Program-made: the position numbers and the translations under genes
The notes under the pieces: generated by a model
Database searches by the model: none
Seen by the model: only the letters and a program-made list of their open reading frames with translations
What the model was told of the DNA's origin: nothing
Shown: positions 28,101-40,785 of the stretch, one piece after another
How the letters are laid out: each line of letters begins with the position of its first letter
Numbering within the stretch: the first letter of the stretch is position 1
From: Hydrolagus colliei
Lineage: Eukaryota
NCBI GenBank assembly: GCA_035084275.1
Contig: CM068750.1
Coordinates: forward strand, 5,146,001-5,210,000
Reading direction: 5' to 3'
Length of the DNA: 64,000 nt

Positions 28101-29596
28101 AATAAATAATTTATTTGATGATCCGATCACTAAAGAGCTTCAATTAATCTGATTACTGTATTATTTATCTAACCTAATTTCGGTAGTTGACTGAGTCAGA
28201 AAACCTGAAATGCACTGCATGCTTATCTGCATTGCGTCATTGTAGCTTTTGTCTTCATGGCAGAAGGTATAAATATTGAAGATTAACTAACGGTCTTCCT
28301 TTACAGCTATACACATGATTTAAGAATTTCTTCCATTGATAATTTAGATAGTGAATTTGTCATTCAATGATAAATTTAAATGGTAGTGTTTTTTAAAAAA
28401 ACCGAATTCAGGATATAGTTTTGTACATTCATTTGCTCGTTATACAAAATGTTGCTTCAAAATCTGTCCTTATGTAGCTGCCTATCTTTACTATTTTTAT
28501 ATATTACCGTCACAATTAGCAAGGGCCATGAATTTTGCTGTGGGCCACAAGCGCCCTCTCCTGCTTGAAGTATTTATAACTGCTACAAGCCCAATGTAAG
28601 GCCAATCGTAAGAGAACATTTCAGAGAGTGTAATGTGCAGGGAGGTGCATCCTTGAACATTAGCTTTGGTAAATCTCAGTCACATTGACACTATCTCAAG
28701 TCCAATTTATTTCCCCCCCCCCAGTCTGTAAATTATGCACTGTTTTATCCTTGTAGTTGTGACCTTGTTAATGTTTTATGTCTACCTTTTTTATACAAGC
28801 GTACAGTTGAGCAATGCTGCAAAAAATATTCTAATAAGGTACACAGCTGATACTTTTGGGGCTTAATATTTGGATTTATTTTGCAGGGACTGGGCTTGAT
28901 TCGGGGTTTACCTTCGTGTTATTGAAATGGAATTCTGGAATTTGGTAACTCTCGTCAACATTAGATTTTTTTCACCCTTGTGCAAGGATTTGGTTATTTC
29001 AATCGCAATCATTCTGAGCAAAATTACTTCTGTGCTGGGATATGTAACCTCTATTATTTGTTTATTTAAGCAGAGACAAAGAACCAAAGACATTTTTTCT
29101 TTGATAATTTAATACTTGTACTCTTTTTATTTTAAAAAAACGTATCTTCAGTCAAGATATAATTAATAATCCTTGCATTTTTGTCCTTTCAATAAAGCTT
29201 AAGTTACAACCAACCTATGTTTCTCACATTAGCCAAAGGGATAAGGAAAATAAGGAAGTCCATTTAAAGCACTATCACACCTCCTAGTGGCCAAAAGGAA
29301 AACGTTAACAAAGTGCTATATTGTCACACAAACCTCATTCCTGCCTTGTGCCCAAACAAAACTTTTGCATCTGCCTTCAAATAAATTAGAAGCATAGATT
29401 GAAAGGGCTGTGAAAATTGCACAAAGTCTATTCTCAATGAACCAGTTAAATATGCAGCTGCGGAGGGGTGTGGGAAGACATCCTGATTCAAATGATTTCT
29501 GCCATTCCTGCATTTCTTGATGTATTCCTGCTATAGTGGCTGATGTCAGTTCTGAATCCTTTATAAGTTTTTAAAAAAAGATTACATAAAGATTAA

Positions 29597-30685
29597 TGTT
29601 TCACCCACAAAATACAGCCACTCTACTCTACAGTGTATCCTGTGAAGCGCTTTAAGGAGTCTCAACAACATGATAAGGCGCTGTTTTAAAATGCAGGGAT
29701 TATTATTGTTGTTGACACTCAAGGGTTGTTTTATTCCATTACTCGGAAACACGGCCGAGATACTAAAACAATCATTCTAGTCACAATTATTGCTCTCATG
29801 ATAAAGTGCAGGACTCCATAAACCTGTGAAAAGACTGTTTAATAAACAATAGTTTGATCCAACAACTAGTGCCAGAATGCTTTAAAAAAGTTAAATTATC
29901 ATACTCTTTCTGTTGCTTTATTGGTGATTATATTTTTATAGATGTGCACTCCACACTGGAAAGACACTTGAGTAAATGAATCCAAGAGATTCTGGTAACA
30001 CGACTCGTGCAAAGTAAGGCTGCCCTCAGACGGCTGCCTTCAGTTATTTTCACTTGTCTCATTTCTCTTAGGAGATAAAAGGAGAAAATAATAACAATCC
30101 TAGCATTTGATATCGTGCTTTTCACATCTTATTGACGTCTCAAAGCGCTTCACAGAATATACTGTGAAGTGAATTGACTGTATATTTATGGGCAAAACGT
30201 GGCAGCCAATTGTGCACAGCAGCTGTGGATTGAAATGACCAATTTTTTATATCCACTATATGCACATTTTTCTATAAATATATCCAAATACATGTGGAAA
30301 AAGGATCCAATAAAATAAGGAAATATGCATTTAAAATCTTTTTTTTCATCTACCAAAGGGAAGCCTTTATTTCTGGAATGTAGAATTCTTTAGCCAAATG
30401 ATTATAACACACAAGTCCTTGGACCTTTCAGGAGGTAGAATTTCCTGTCCAACCAAATCTCATGGCTGAATAGAAAGATCCCGAATGATGGTGTGAGCAA
30501 ATAAGTGTTTCAGAGTGTTCAGAGTGCTTATTAAATAAGCATCCAGCACGGAGGGTGCTATATAAATCAAAGTTGTTGTTTCGCCCAAATTCATAGCCCA
30601 TCCACCTTACAGTATATCCTGAAAAGCACTTTTGAGACATCTTGACCACAAGATAAGGCGCTATATCAAATACAACAATTATAAT
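29597..30685. mobile_element. Three family A SINE 3' fragments (+ 29597-29712, - 30087-30243, + 30575-30685)
   Basis: Each shows the cccacaaa..cagt..tgtgaagcgcttt..gcgctat..aaatgcaagg tail or its reverse complement. Confidence 0.75.
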
Positions 30686-31809
30686 TGTACATTTGCAAAT
30701 AATGCACAGTGTAACTGTACAATTTAACTCAGCTATTAATTGCTGCTTATTAAAATGAGAATTTTATTATGCGGCACAGTGCAAGCAGATCAGAAATACA
30801 TTTAATAATGCAAAAAAAAACAGGCTCAGATTTGTGTTCTTATGGGATTTTATTTGCAAGATGTTACCCTTCTGGTGTATTCGAATGATCATGGCATCAA
30901 AACACTGAATTGCATTTCGCGCAGTCAATACACACAAAGGACATGCATTTAGATTGAAGAAAACATTTGAAAGTGTTAAATTAATCCAAATTCAGGATAG
31001 AGAGGACACTCTGAACCTTGTTTGGTAAGGATTAGAGTGCTTAAATACAGAACATTAAATTTTTCTTCAGATATATGAGAAAGCATGTGCAGTGTTTGGA
31101 AGTAGCCAAAATCATATTTCAGCAAAGGCAAGTTGACAACACACTACTGTTTTATTTATTGCTGTGCAAAAAAAAAATCAGTACCCACTGAAACCTTTAT
31201 ACAGTACTGTAATTGGAGCGATATAACATCCAAACTAAATCTTGATCATGCAAAACAAGTTCTCATAAAATATATAAATCCATGATATGTTTCAAGTAAC
31301 TGCTCAATTTCCATGAATATCGTTCTACTTCATATTACAATACCTGATAATGGGCTAAGCAGCTTCCACCCATGACAAGGTGCAAGTTTAATAATTTCTT
31401 CATTTGAATGTTTGTGACGGTTCTGGATTTTTGACTTTTTTTCCTACACTAGGTGGAAGTAATCTTCTTTGGCATGTGAGGTCATGAATTTTAGTTATAA
31501 TGAAACCATACAGCATCTAATCTTATTTAGTATCAATGCTGATAAATGAAAACTGTCATACAATTATTCTGGAGGAACTCAACATTCTGCTTGTAGGCAT
31601 TTCTGTCAAATTTGGTATTTCACAAATATTTCACTATTTATTCTAAGTAAATTAGTTAGGACAATTTTTATTTAAAACATTTATTCTGGGTTCCAAGTCT
31701 TGGTTGTGCAGTACTACAAATGACTGATTGGGGCATCCAAAATATGGCCTAATATTAGAGATGTAAAGAACAGATGTTTTACTTTTATTGGAGTACTATT
31801 TCTTAGTGC

Positions 31810-31905
31810 CATAATGAAGATAATAAATGGGTTTGATAGGCTAAATGATGAGGGATTATTTCCATTGGTAGGCAATTCAAGGGCAAAAGGCCATGAATTC
31901 AAGAT
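31810..31905 (+). mobile_element. CR1-type ORF2 C-terminal fragment
   Basis: KIINGFDRLNDEGLFPLVGNSRAKGHEFK matches the CR1 pattern KI..G.D.....LFP....SRTRGH..K. Confidence 0.7.
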
Positions 31906-32215
31906 GATAATCCCCACATTTGATATCTTGCATTATCACATCTCAAGGCGCTTCACAGGATCTTACTATGAACTTAAAGCCAATGCTTTTGTAGGCAAAC
32001 GCAGCACCCAGTTTGAGCACATCAATGACTACCAACAATCATGAATTTATGACCAATTCTATCTAGGGAATCGTTGGTCAGGACACTGGGAGAAACTCTT
32101 TTTGAAATAATGCCATGGGATCTTTAACGCTCACCTGAAAAGGCAGATTAGACCTTGATGTAGCATTATACATGGAGGACAGACCTCCAATAAATTAGCC
32201 CTCCCCAACACTGCA
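31905..32215 (-). mobile_element. Older Deu-domain SINE
   Basis: ggtcaggacactgggagaaactc...aataatgccatgggatctttaacgctcacctgaaaaggcaga...gacagacctcc; aligns by eye with 12020-12140. Confidence 0.75.
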
Positions 32216-32741
32216 AGATTTCTATGGTTTAATGGTGATCTAAACCCATTGTAATATCAACACCTAACTGATTCATTGCAAAATTCAGGCAAAATAATGG
32301 AAATTGATAATTGGAAACCAGAATTATTTTGCATATTTTGTGCTGGCAGTGAATTACTTTTCCAATCAAATTTCAGGTAAAAATTAAAATTTATTCTATG
32401 GCAGTAGTGTACTCCATCCTACGAATATAGCAATAGATGGTAGGTTACTGTGATCAAATCATTATGATACAGAGTTTCATTTTGCTGCACGAGGCACAAT
32501 GCACCTCCGCTCACTTTCATTAAAATTAAGGCACTCTTTCCACTCAGACTACAATATATCATTTTCAGGCTTAACCTGGGGATGAAACACAATGTGGACC
32601 TGTTCGATCACTATTAGTGTGATATGTAAAGAAAGCATTTATCCCTTGCAACTAAGAAACAAAATATGCAAATGCAACTTTAGTATTGCTGTGCAGATGT
32701 GGTTCAAAATGTCACAGGGGAAAAAAATAACTTAAAGCTTT

Positions 32742-32747
32742 TTTATT
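32742..32747 (-). terminator. Candidate distal BAG5 poly(A) signal (proximal candidate at 34382-34387)
   Basis: Minus-strand AATAAA followed by U/GU-rich sequence (ttatttttttcccctgtgacatttt). Confidence 0.35.
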
Positions 32748-33559
32748 TGCAGCTTACAAAGCAAATAGGTCGCTTCATACATACTGTAGTTTTACTTGCA
32801 CAACTGAAAGGAATGTGTATAAATGAGAATAGGCATCTAGATCCTCAGTACTATTTCCTCTCTTTTAATACTTCAAACTTTTCATTCAAAGAAACTTCAG
32901 TGCAGTTCTTCTCATGGTCACTTCAATCAAGACGTGAATCCTCAACGAGATTACAATACTTTTCTTATGCTAAAAATATCATACACAGAGAAGGCCAATA
33001 GAATATAACTCTTATTTGCATACTTTGTTCAGCGATAACATTAATCAGAAATCAAAGGGAACTCATCAGCCTTCTTTTGCTTATACACAATAATGCAATG
33101 GTGATGAGAAGGTTAAGGCACATTTACAACAGTAAATTAACAGTGCCAAATGGGTGTTGTTCACTGGTACACTACAACATATATGCATTGAACTATCAGA
33201 GAATTATTAAAGTACTATTTAACATGTACAATTGAAATGACAGAAAGAATGGAATACGACAGAATATCAGCAGTAACTAAAAACTAAGTGTACAATTTAT
33301 GTCCGAGGATAACTAGAAGTACCAGGGGAATAAATGTCAACATTATTCAATGTAACCTAGGATTTAACCTAGACAGCTTTACTGTTGGGTGTTGGTAAAC
33401 AAGTAGAGTAGGAATTAAATTATTTAAAATTAACATTTCCAAATAATTAATAATGAACTATTTTGTTAAGAGGTAGACTGGATGGTTGATAAATCCAGCA
33501 TTTTGTCTATTCTTACTTAATCTTTGATTACTACTGATCTGAAAGTATCCATTTAGAGA

Positions 33560-34230
33560 TTGTATAGAAGACTAGTGTATCAAACATACGCTGGTGCTTA
33601 TTCGACTAAAGCAAACTCAGAATCCCCATTTCCTGTACACATTATCCAGTGGGGTTATGCTCTCAGTCTCAACAGCTAGTTGCACCAAAGCATTCCATAC
33701 TTTTAATTGCTCTCTGTGTGAAAACTTCTTCCTCAACTCTTCCTGTGGCAATCCTGAATTGATGCTCCTTGGTTAACAACCAATGGGGACAGGCTTTCAC
33801 TATTCCTCTCGAAACCTTTCAGCATTTACAAATGTATCATTAGATTCCACTTAAGCTTTCACTGAACACAACTCTATATTTCTAGCCTATCCTCACAACG
33901 ATAACATCTGGTCCCTGGTAACATCCGTATGCATCTAAACTGTGTAACAGTAGTGGCCAACCCACGGTCAGCAGACCAAAAGTGGCTCTGTCAGTCTTTG
34001 TTAAATCAATATTTTGTTTCCAGCAGCGACTGAGTAACGAGATTGATGGTGTAACCAGAAATCAAGAAGTACTCAATTAAGAAAAATTGATTTGGTTAGC
34101 CGACCAAAAAGATTGGTCACCACTGCTGTATACCTTGTCACTGTTCTGATGCCCTTTCTATAACGGGTTACCAAGAACTCAGTGCACTACTTCAAACTGT
34201 AGCTTAACCAACATCTTGTGTAAACTTCCC
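33560..34230 (-). mobile_element. CR1-type LINE ORF2 3' fragment split by a hAT MITE
   Basis: The minus strand gives degenerate CR1 C-terminal motifs (Y..LV....EY....W.P.Y.K.I at 34135-34228; VQ.R..RMLPG; FSQR...VWN at about 33685-33730). Confidence 0.65.
33948..34125. mobile_element. Non-autonomous hAT (Charlie-like) MITE, about 178 bp
   Basis: TIRs cagtagtggccaacc and gattggtcaccactg (12/15 match); 8-bp TSD ctgtgtaa vs ctgtatac (6/8). Confidence 0.65.
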
Positions 34231-35317
34231 GACCAAGCATGAACTTTAGAAAAAAAGGGAGTTGTATGAAGCAGTCTTCGTTTCACTCTCAGTTTGGGTG
34301 AGCTGTCCATCATATCCCCAAATACGGTGTGAAAAAAAATACATCTACAAGTTGTAAAGCAAAGATACTCCTCTTGTGGAGTTTATTAATTATTATTAGG
34401 TACCATTCAAACTGAAGATTGTACGTTTGGATGCCTTGAAGTAAACCTCTTTGGTGGTGGTTATAAATATGTTGTGGTACAGCCAGGCCTCAGCCTTCAA
34501 AACAGAAAGTCATAGACACAACATACGTGTATGACAAAAGCATTCACTCTACCTAACAAAATAGAGCAATTATTTAATCATGTGCTAACTAGTTCTGCAT
34601 CATTCATCTCTTTTGTACTTAATTTTTCTCATTATTTCATCTAGATACACAACAATAGAACCAGATAGATGTACAACATATTGGTGCCCTGTATTACAAA
34701 CCATGAGACCTACATTTAACTTCAGATGTGGCATACACCAGGTTTTATCAGTCACTATATGAGGCGAAATGCCTAAACCCACAGAATGAAAAGCAAGAAT
34801 AAAGGTTCCTCATAGTTCTGCAGCAATTCATACTTGGTAACTGAAAGTTTTTAAAACTATAATAATTTTCCCATATTCCAGAAAAATATGGAGAGGAAAA
34901 CACAAATATACACCGGGACCTGAAATGCATGAACATATGCATGGATCATAATTTACAGTTGTCGTTTGGGGGTTTTCCCAACAAACGTACAACTAACCAG
35001 ACTGGAAACAATCCAATTAGGCAGCAAATATGAAGGTCTCCGGCACTGCAATCAATGTGTATGTATATATAAATATATTATGCACACAATATATATTTAT
35101 ATACATACTATCATAACTGCAAATTTCTAAAGGAAACTTACTATTCCAGAATGGTCCAGGTATATTCGACACATAAGCCCAAAATATGAAATCTACTCTG
35201 CCTTAAATTGCAAGAATATAGCAATCTAAAATAATTCTGATATGTCATTACAAAAAGTGCAAAGCATGAGAGTCACATAAAGGCATAAAAGCCACACCAC
35301 ATGTATTAAATGGGTAC

Positions 35318-36664
35318 TCAGTATTCCCATTCATCTGTTTTCATGTCTAGGTAGGAAAGAATATTCTGAGCAAATTTAACTGCTTGTTTTCTGGCAACTT
35401 TAGCCCCAGCATTCCCATGAGTTTCGATGGCATCAAGTGTAAGAAGTTGCTTTGTGAGCATTTCTTCAAGTCTTTTATAATTTTTATCATTTCGGATTCC
35501 ATCAAAAGACAGCACTTCTCTCTGATGTACTGACAGGTGGTGCAGTACTTGCCAAACAGCTTTCTGTGAAGGATGTTCCTCTTGACCCTGTTGATCTAAG
35601 CTCTCTCTCTTCGCAAGGGCCTCCTTTAGGTCAACATAAGCAATCACAGACTGTACTTCGACTACTGATCTTCTCCTTGCTTCACGAATGCATGGATTTT
35701 TACCAATATTGACTTGATCCAACTGAGTAAGAAATCCTTGCAGCTGTGCCTTTGGTTTGAAATAGAGATCAGAGGAATTTTCCGACTTGAGGAGTTGCTT
35801 TTTCAATTCGGTCAATCTTTCACGGATGCCCTCTATCTGTCTGATAGAAACATTTTGCGCTAAATCATAACGACCCGCAGATTCTCCCTCGGACTCCATC
35901 TCCAAGTGTTCCAAAAAGCAGTTGATTTCATGAACCACGCGTTTTCGGTAGTTTCTCACCTCCATATTTCCAGTCACATCCACAGCATCTAACTGCATCA
36001 ACAATCCTGTGAGAACACGGGACAGATGTGCACAGTTCTCCAAGTTGTTCAGCCCCATAAGCAGCCCAATCACATCCCATCTTGCTTTACTGACTTCGCA
36101 TAAAACAGAGTTAATTTTGGAGACTCCTGGGTGCATATTCGAAGATAGAGGCAAAGCCAGGGCTTGCCGACCCATGCAGTATTCAATGATGTCCTGCACA
36201 GCGCAGATCCTAGTCAAAGCTCGGTACCTGGCTTTTCTTAAACCAAGTCTCCCTTCAGTTTTTACTTGCGTTAGTTGAAATATGATTTCTTGGATGTGAT
36301 CAGCAAAATCTTCAGTTATCAAGCCTTCTGTTGGAGATAGCTCTCTGGTAACCAATTGCTGTGCTTCACTAAAGATCTTAGCTACCCTTAATCGAGATGG
36401 ATGATTTGCAATTTGCTCCAGCTCTTTCAGCAGTTCTTCCACATTCTTTGCTGCTAATTTGCGGGCATGCTGGATATCAGTCTTTCCATCAGTATTTACT
36501 GCATCTAACTCGAACAGAAACCTTGTCAAAACACTTTCCAGATGCTTATATTCTTTATCAGACTTGATACCGCTGAAAGAAGCCACATGTTGCCTAGATT
36601 CAGGAATTTCCTTCTGAATCTCTTCGATTCTAATCATGGAAGGATGTTGCTGACCCATGGCCAT
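35318..36664 (-). CDS. BAG5: BAG family molecular chaperone regulator 5 (448 aa, multiple BAG domains, single coding exon)
   Basis: Uninterrupted ORF MAMGQQHPSMIRIEEIQKE...LSYLDMKTDEWEY, colinear with vertebrate BAG5 (repeated HP...LD.V...R..RK..V BAG pattern, C-terminal DEWEY); minus-strand acceptor ttttcatttcag| at 36698-36697. Confidence 0.98.
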   Translation of the reverse strand: MAMGQQHPSMIRIEEIQKEIPESRQHVASFSGIKSDKEYKHLESVLTRFLFELDAVNTDGKTDIQHARKLAAKNVEELLKELEQIANHPSRLRVAKIFSEAQQLVTRELSPTEGLITEDFADHIQEIIFQLTQVKTEGRLGLRKARYRALTRICAVQDIIEYCMGRQALALPLSSNMHPGVSKINSVLCEVSKARWDVIGLLMGLNNLENCAHLSRVLTGLLMQLDAVDVTGNMEVRNYRKRVVHEINCFLEHLEMESEGESAGRYDLAQNVSIRQIEGIRERLTELKKQLLKSENSSDLYFKPKAQLQGFLTQLDQVNIGKNPCIREARRRSVVEVQSVIAYVDLKEALAKRESLDQQGQEEHPSQKAVWQVLHHLSVHQREVLSFDGIRNDKNYKRLEEMLTKQLLTLDAIETHGNAGAKVARKQAVKFAQNILSYLDMKTDEWEY

Positions 36665-37347
36665 AGTATTCTTCCCCCTAAAGATTCATTGTAGTTCTGA
36701 AATGAAAACAAAACACATTTGTTACAAGTCATCTTTTGAGCTTCAAAGCAAAACTTTACCACCAAAAGTTCTAGCAATGAGGAGTTAGGAAACAATAAAG
36801 AGCATCAGAAATGTTCCAATTTGTAAAAACACTCCATACCAACCTCTTCATTCATTAGACATGAAAGTACTTGTAACCTTTATCAGGATTGCCATTTCAC
36901 TGATGAATGGATGATAGAAATTGTTATGTCAACAGAACATTATGCCCATATGCTATTCTAAATGCCTAATGATTTTTAAACAAATCATTTAATATACTGC
37001 TGGATTCCGCAAAAGAATAACTAGGAAACACGTTATTATGTCAGAGCGGCATGTTGAACCTGTCCAATGCATTACATATTCTACCAGGAGAGATGATACA
37101 ATAAGATGCTGGAATAGCATATTAATAATTCCTTCATTGTATTATAAAAGTATTCTCTTCACAAAGGAATCAGTCCCCTTGCTCCTTTTCGCCTCCAAGT
37201 GGTAAATTTAGGAATGCCATTAATGAAGACTCAAAATCTTGTCACCCACCAACTAACAACTGGGCATCTGATTCAAGAAAGGAAATAAATAAAAATATAT
37301 ATTTTTTTAAATGCCACACTATTTTACAGGGTTAAACAGAGTTATAC

Positions 37348-37916
37348 ATAATAATAATCCTTGCATTGGATATAGCACTTTTCAAGTCTTCTAGACATCT
37401 CAAAGCGCTTCACAGAATATAGCATAAAGTGAATTGACTGTATATTTGTGGGCAAAATGCAGCAGTGAATTGAGCACAGTAAGTAAGTAAGTAATTAATC
37501 CTTCAGTTTATATAGCGCTTTCCACGTCTTATCGAAGTCCCAAAGCGCTTCACAGAGTTTGGGGAAGGAAAGTAGGAAAGTTAACTGTACATTTGTGGAT
37601 GAAAACGCGGCAGCCAAATTGAGCAAAGCAGTGTCCCACAAATAGTCGTGCAAATAGGGCCAGGGGAGAAAGGGGGAAAAGAGGAAAGGGTGAGAGGAAG
37701 ACTACCACCTGGACCACCTTCAAAAATGGTGAGAAAACAGGGAAAACAGCAGTGTCCCACAAACATTTGTGGTTTAAAATGACATTTTTTTTGAGGATTA
37801 TAAGGCGTGTGGAGTAAGGAAACTTGCCCAAGGTTTCGCCTTGACCTGCGTGGAATTGAACCCAGGGCTCTCGCTTGTAAGGCAAGTGCTCTGACCACTG
37901 AGCTACAGGACTCCAC
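37348..37916 (-). mobile_element. Family A 3' fragment (37348-37479) plus a composite SINE (37496-37916) in the BAG5 intron
   Basis: Intact tRNA-like head at 37850-37916; agcagtgtcccacaaa occurs twice; variant tail. Confidence 0.85.
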
Positions 37917-38864
37917 ATGAGCTACATAACATTCATTTGATAGGAACAGCCTATTTTATCCATTTAAATTCGTAAACCCAACATATTTGTGACGTCCAAT
38001 GTTCCATCTGCTTTAACAATGACTTTAAACAAACCCTGGTAAACGGATGTATTGCAGAGTAAAGACCCATTGATTTTCAAATCAATGTATCTTGTGCTTA
38101 TGAATTGTAGTAAATGTAGGTAATTCTCTGTCGCTAAGCAAGTTAAGTCACAGCTACTCCATTATTTGTATTAATGTTATACTCATGATGTCACAATAAA
38201 GTCAAAGTTTTCTCACATTATACAGCCAACCACAGCATAGGAGTAAGGGAGGAGAGGTACTCCTCCAATGTTGCTCTGTAACTGGACAGCAAAAAGTTTC
38301 ATAGAGTCCTGAAAGAAGACTGCCAATCATTCAGTCAACTTTGCATCCATCCCTCCTTGTTAGAAGTAATTATGGAGCGATACGCCACTTGGTATTGCTC
38401 CAAAAGATACCGCCAAGATTAGATATTACCCATGTGGTGAATTGCTGAGGCAAACCTAGATTTGACCAGCTTTTGTTTCAACAATAATCTTAAATTAAAC
38501 AAAATAACTTAATCTTGTAATTCGGTAGAAGGGGAAATAGGTTGTATTTGACAACTCAGTGTTTGCACATTATTTTTGCCCCTTTAAAATATATTGTTCT
38601 CACCTTCTAACACACAGGGTATGATTACTCAGCTAATGATGTCACATGTCGTCATTCATTGTTTTTATCTAACCACAGCAACACTTCCCGGGGATGTTTA
38701 CTGCAGTTGAACCTCTGACCATCTCCTTACTGAGAGAATGGACCGAATTGTTGCTTCTGCCGATATAATCATCTAGCTGCTCTATTGGAAAGTAAAGCAC
38801 ATGACTCATTCACTGCATGATGTTCTTCTATTGTGCAGGGGTGCAATTATTTACCACATTACTT

Positions 38865-39280
38865 GTGGAGTCCTGCAGCTCAGTGGTTAGAGCACAAGCC
38901 TCACAAGTGAGAGACTTGAATTCGATTCCCGCCAGGAACAAAATGCTGGGCAGTGTGGAGTGAGGAAAATTCTGTTTACCTTCCAGTAAGTAGTAACCCG
39001 GATGTTGATTGGGGGATCGCTTTTCCGTGAGCAATAAATAATTCCTTCCAAAAAATATAAATAATAAATTGGTCACTCAATCCACGATTTTTGTGGGACA
39101 AATGCTGTGTGCAATTTGGCAGCCGTGTTTCGCACACAAAATATGCATTCAATTCATTTTACATTATATTCTGTGAAGCCCTTTGAGATACTTCGAAGAC
39201 GTGATAACAACATCTCTTATCTGAGATGCCGGACGGCGTCTCAGATAAGACGCTATATCAAATGCAAGGAATATTATTAT
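38865..39280 (+). mobile_element. Family A SINE with internal rearrangement and hairpin insert
   Basis: gtggagtcctgcagctcagtggttagagca head and tail ending caaatgcaaggaatattattat. Confidence 0.85.
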
Positions 39281-39689
39281 ATTCCAGCAACAGATTGTAT
39301 CAGATCCCCTGGACTTGCAATTAGTGGCTCACTATAGTCACTTAGTTATTCTATGGAACCCTCATGTCCACCATTTATATCACTAGATTGATTGTAACTT
39401 ACAATTTTTTTCAATCAGAATTATTATGTACTATTATTAGTCATTTTAATGAACTCTCACCTAATCTACATTGAGATCCACATAGTTTTTCATACCCCTC
39501 CTCCTACCTATAGAATAAAAATACTCTGAATTACAGTCTTAGTCCAATGACATTAGTGTCATTTTAGCGTGTAAAGTTCCTTGGTTAACAGAAGTGTGTA
39601 TTTAAAGTAGTAATTAATTTTTAAAAAAATAATACATACAAGTTATTTCATTCATTGTCTAAAGCTTTTTCATTCATTGTCTAAGGTAT

Positions 39690-39987
39690 GTGGAGTTCTG
39701 TAGCTCAGTGGTTGGAGCACTCTCACCTTGCAAGCAAGGCAATTCTAGGCAGGACTAAAACTTGAGCAAGTTTCCATACTCCACACACCTGATCATAACC
39801 TCTCAATAAAAACAATACATTGGTCAATTCAATCCATGACTGTTTGTGGGACACTGCTGTGCACAATTGACTGCCAGTTTCACCCACAAATATACAGTCA
39901 AGTCACTTTACCGTATATTCTGTGAAGCACTTTGAGACGTCTAGAAGAAGTAAAAAGCGCTACATCAAATGCAAAGATTATTATTAT
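39690..39987 (+). mobile_element. Family A SINE, full length
   Basis: gtggagttctgtagctcagtggttggagcac head and canonical tail. Confidence 0.9.
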
Positions 39988-40785
39988 CTGCAAAGCTTTT
40001 TGACATCAGAATTCAATACCCTTCAATCAATTATTCAATGGCAACAATTACAAAAAATTAAAATGTGACAGTTCTTTGACCCATTTCTGTCAAGAGCAGC
40101 AGAATACCAAAAATAATAATAGCACCATATTAACCAGAAAATGTATTTTCATCTGTGAACCTAGACCATAAGTAGGTTATTTGACCGTGGTTTATATCAC
40201 CTCTAAACCCAATCCTATCCTCATCCAATGTCCACTTTCCAGCAAATGTGACTCTAGCAACTACTGGAAGATTGGTTGATCTACACCCCTCCCTTTACTT
40301 GCAGTAATGATAGCAATTGTAATGGCTTTCCCCACCCCGGTAAGCACTGAATCTCAATGTTTTGGATCTGTACGTTTCACACTTGGCAAGGTCTTTAGCA
40401 ACTGAGTCATCAGGGAGTATTTGATACCCCCATTTGATCACAGGAAAATAGAAGTGGACAGAAATTGAATCCTTACGATATTAGTAAGCATTTTTAAAAT
40501 AATGCTTTGGAATAAACGTTTTGAAGAAAAAAACAGGAATGAAGTTTTAATAGCTTGCGGATTAAACAGATCCATCAGGCGCCTATTTCTAGTATTACAT
40601 TTTATTTCACATTCGCAGCATTCCCCTTTCCTTTTATTGCTGGCTTTACATATGGCTCATGATACCATTCTGTAATGTCTACCCAAGTTATTTTAAGGCC
40701 ACTCAAGAGTGGGTCATCGTTAAATTCTGCCCAGCGGATTTTTAAAAAAATCTTGGTTTAAGGCGCCAACGGATTACATTTACAA

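Noticed and set aside
8100-32600. Hidden protein-coding gene in the TRMT61A-BAG5 interval
   Set aside because: No ORF with recognisable homology or consistent exon chain seen; small exons or lncRNAs cannot be excluded by eye
36009-36278. Antisense ORFs over BAG5 (and over TRMT61A 2988-3332 and KLC1 57059-57358)
   Set aside because: Typical shadow frames opposite real coding exons
37845-37916. tRNA-like sequences (also at 829, 4740, 24572, 38865, 39690, 41995, 59510)
   Set aside because: They are SINE heads: the anticodon region varies between copies, there is no 3' acceptor strand, and each continues into the SINE body
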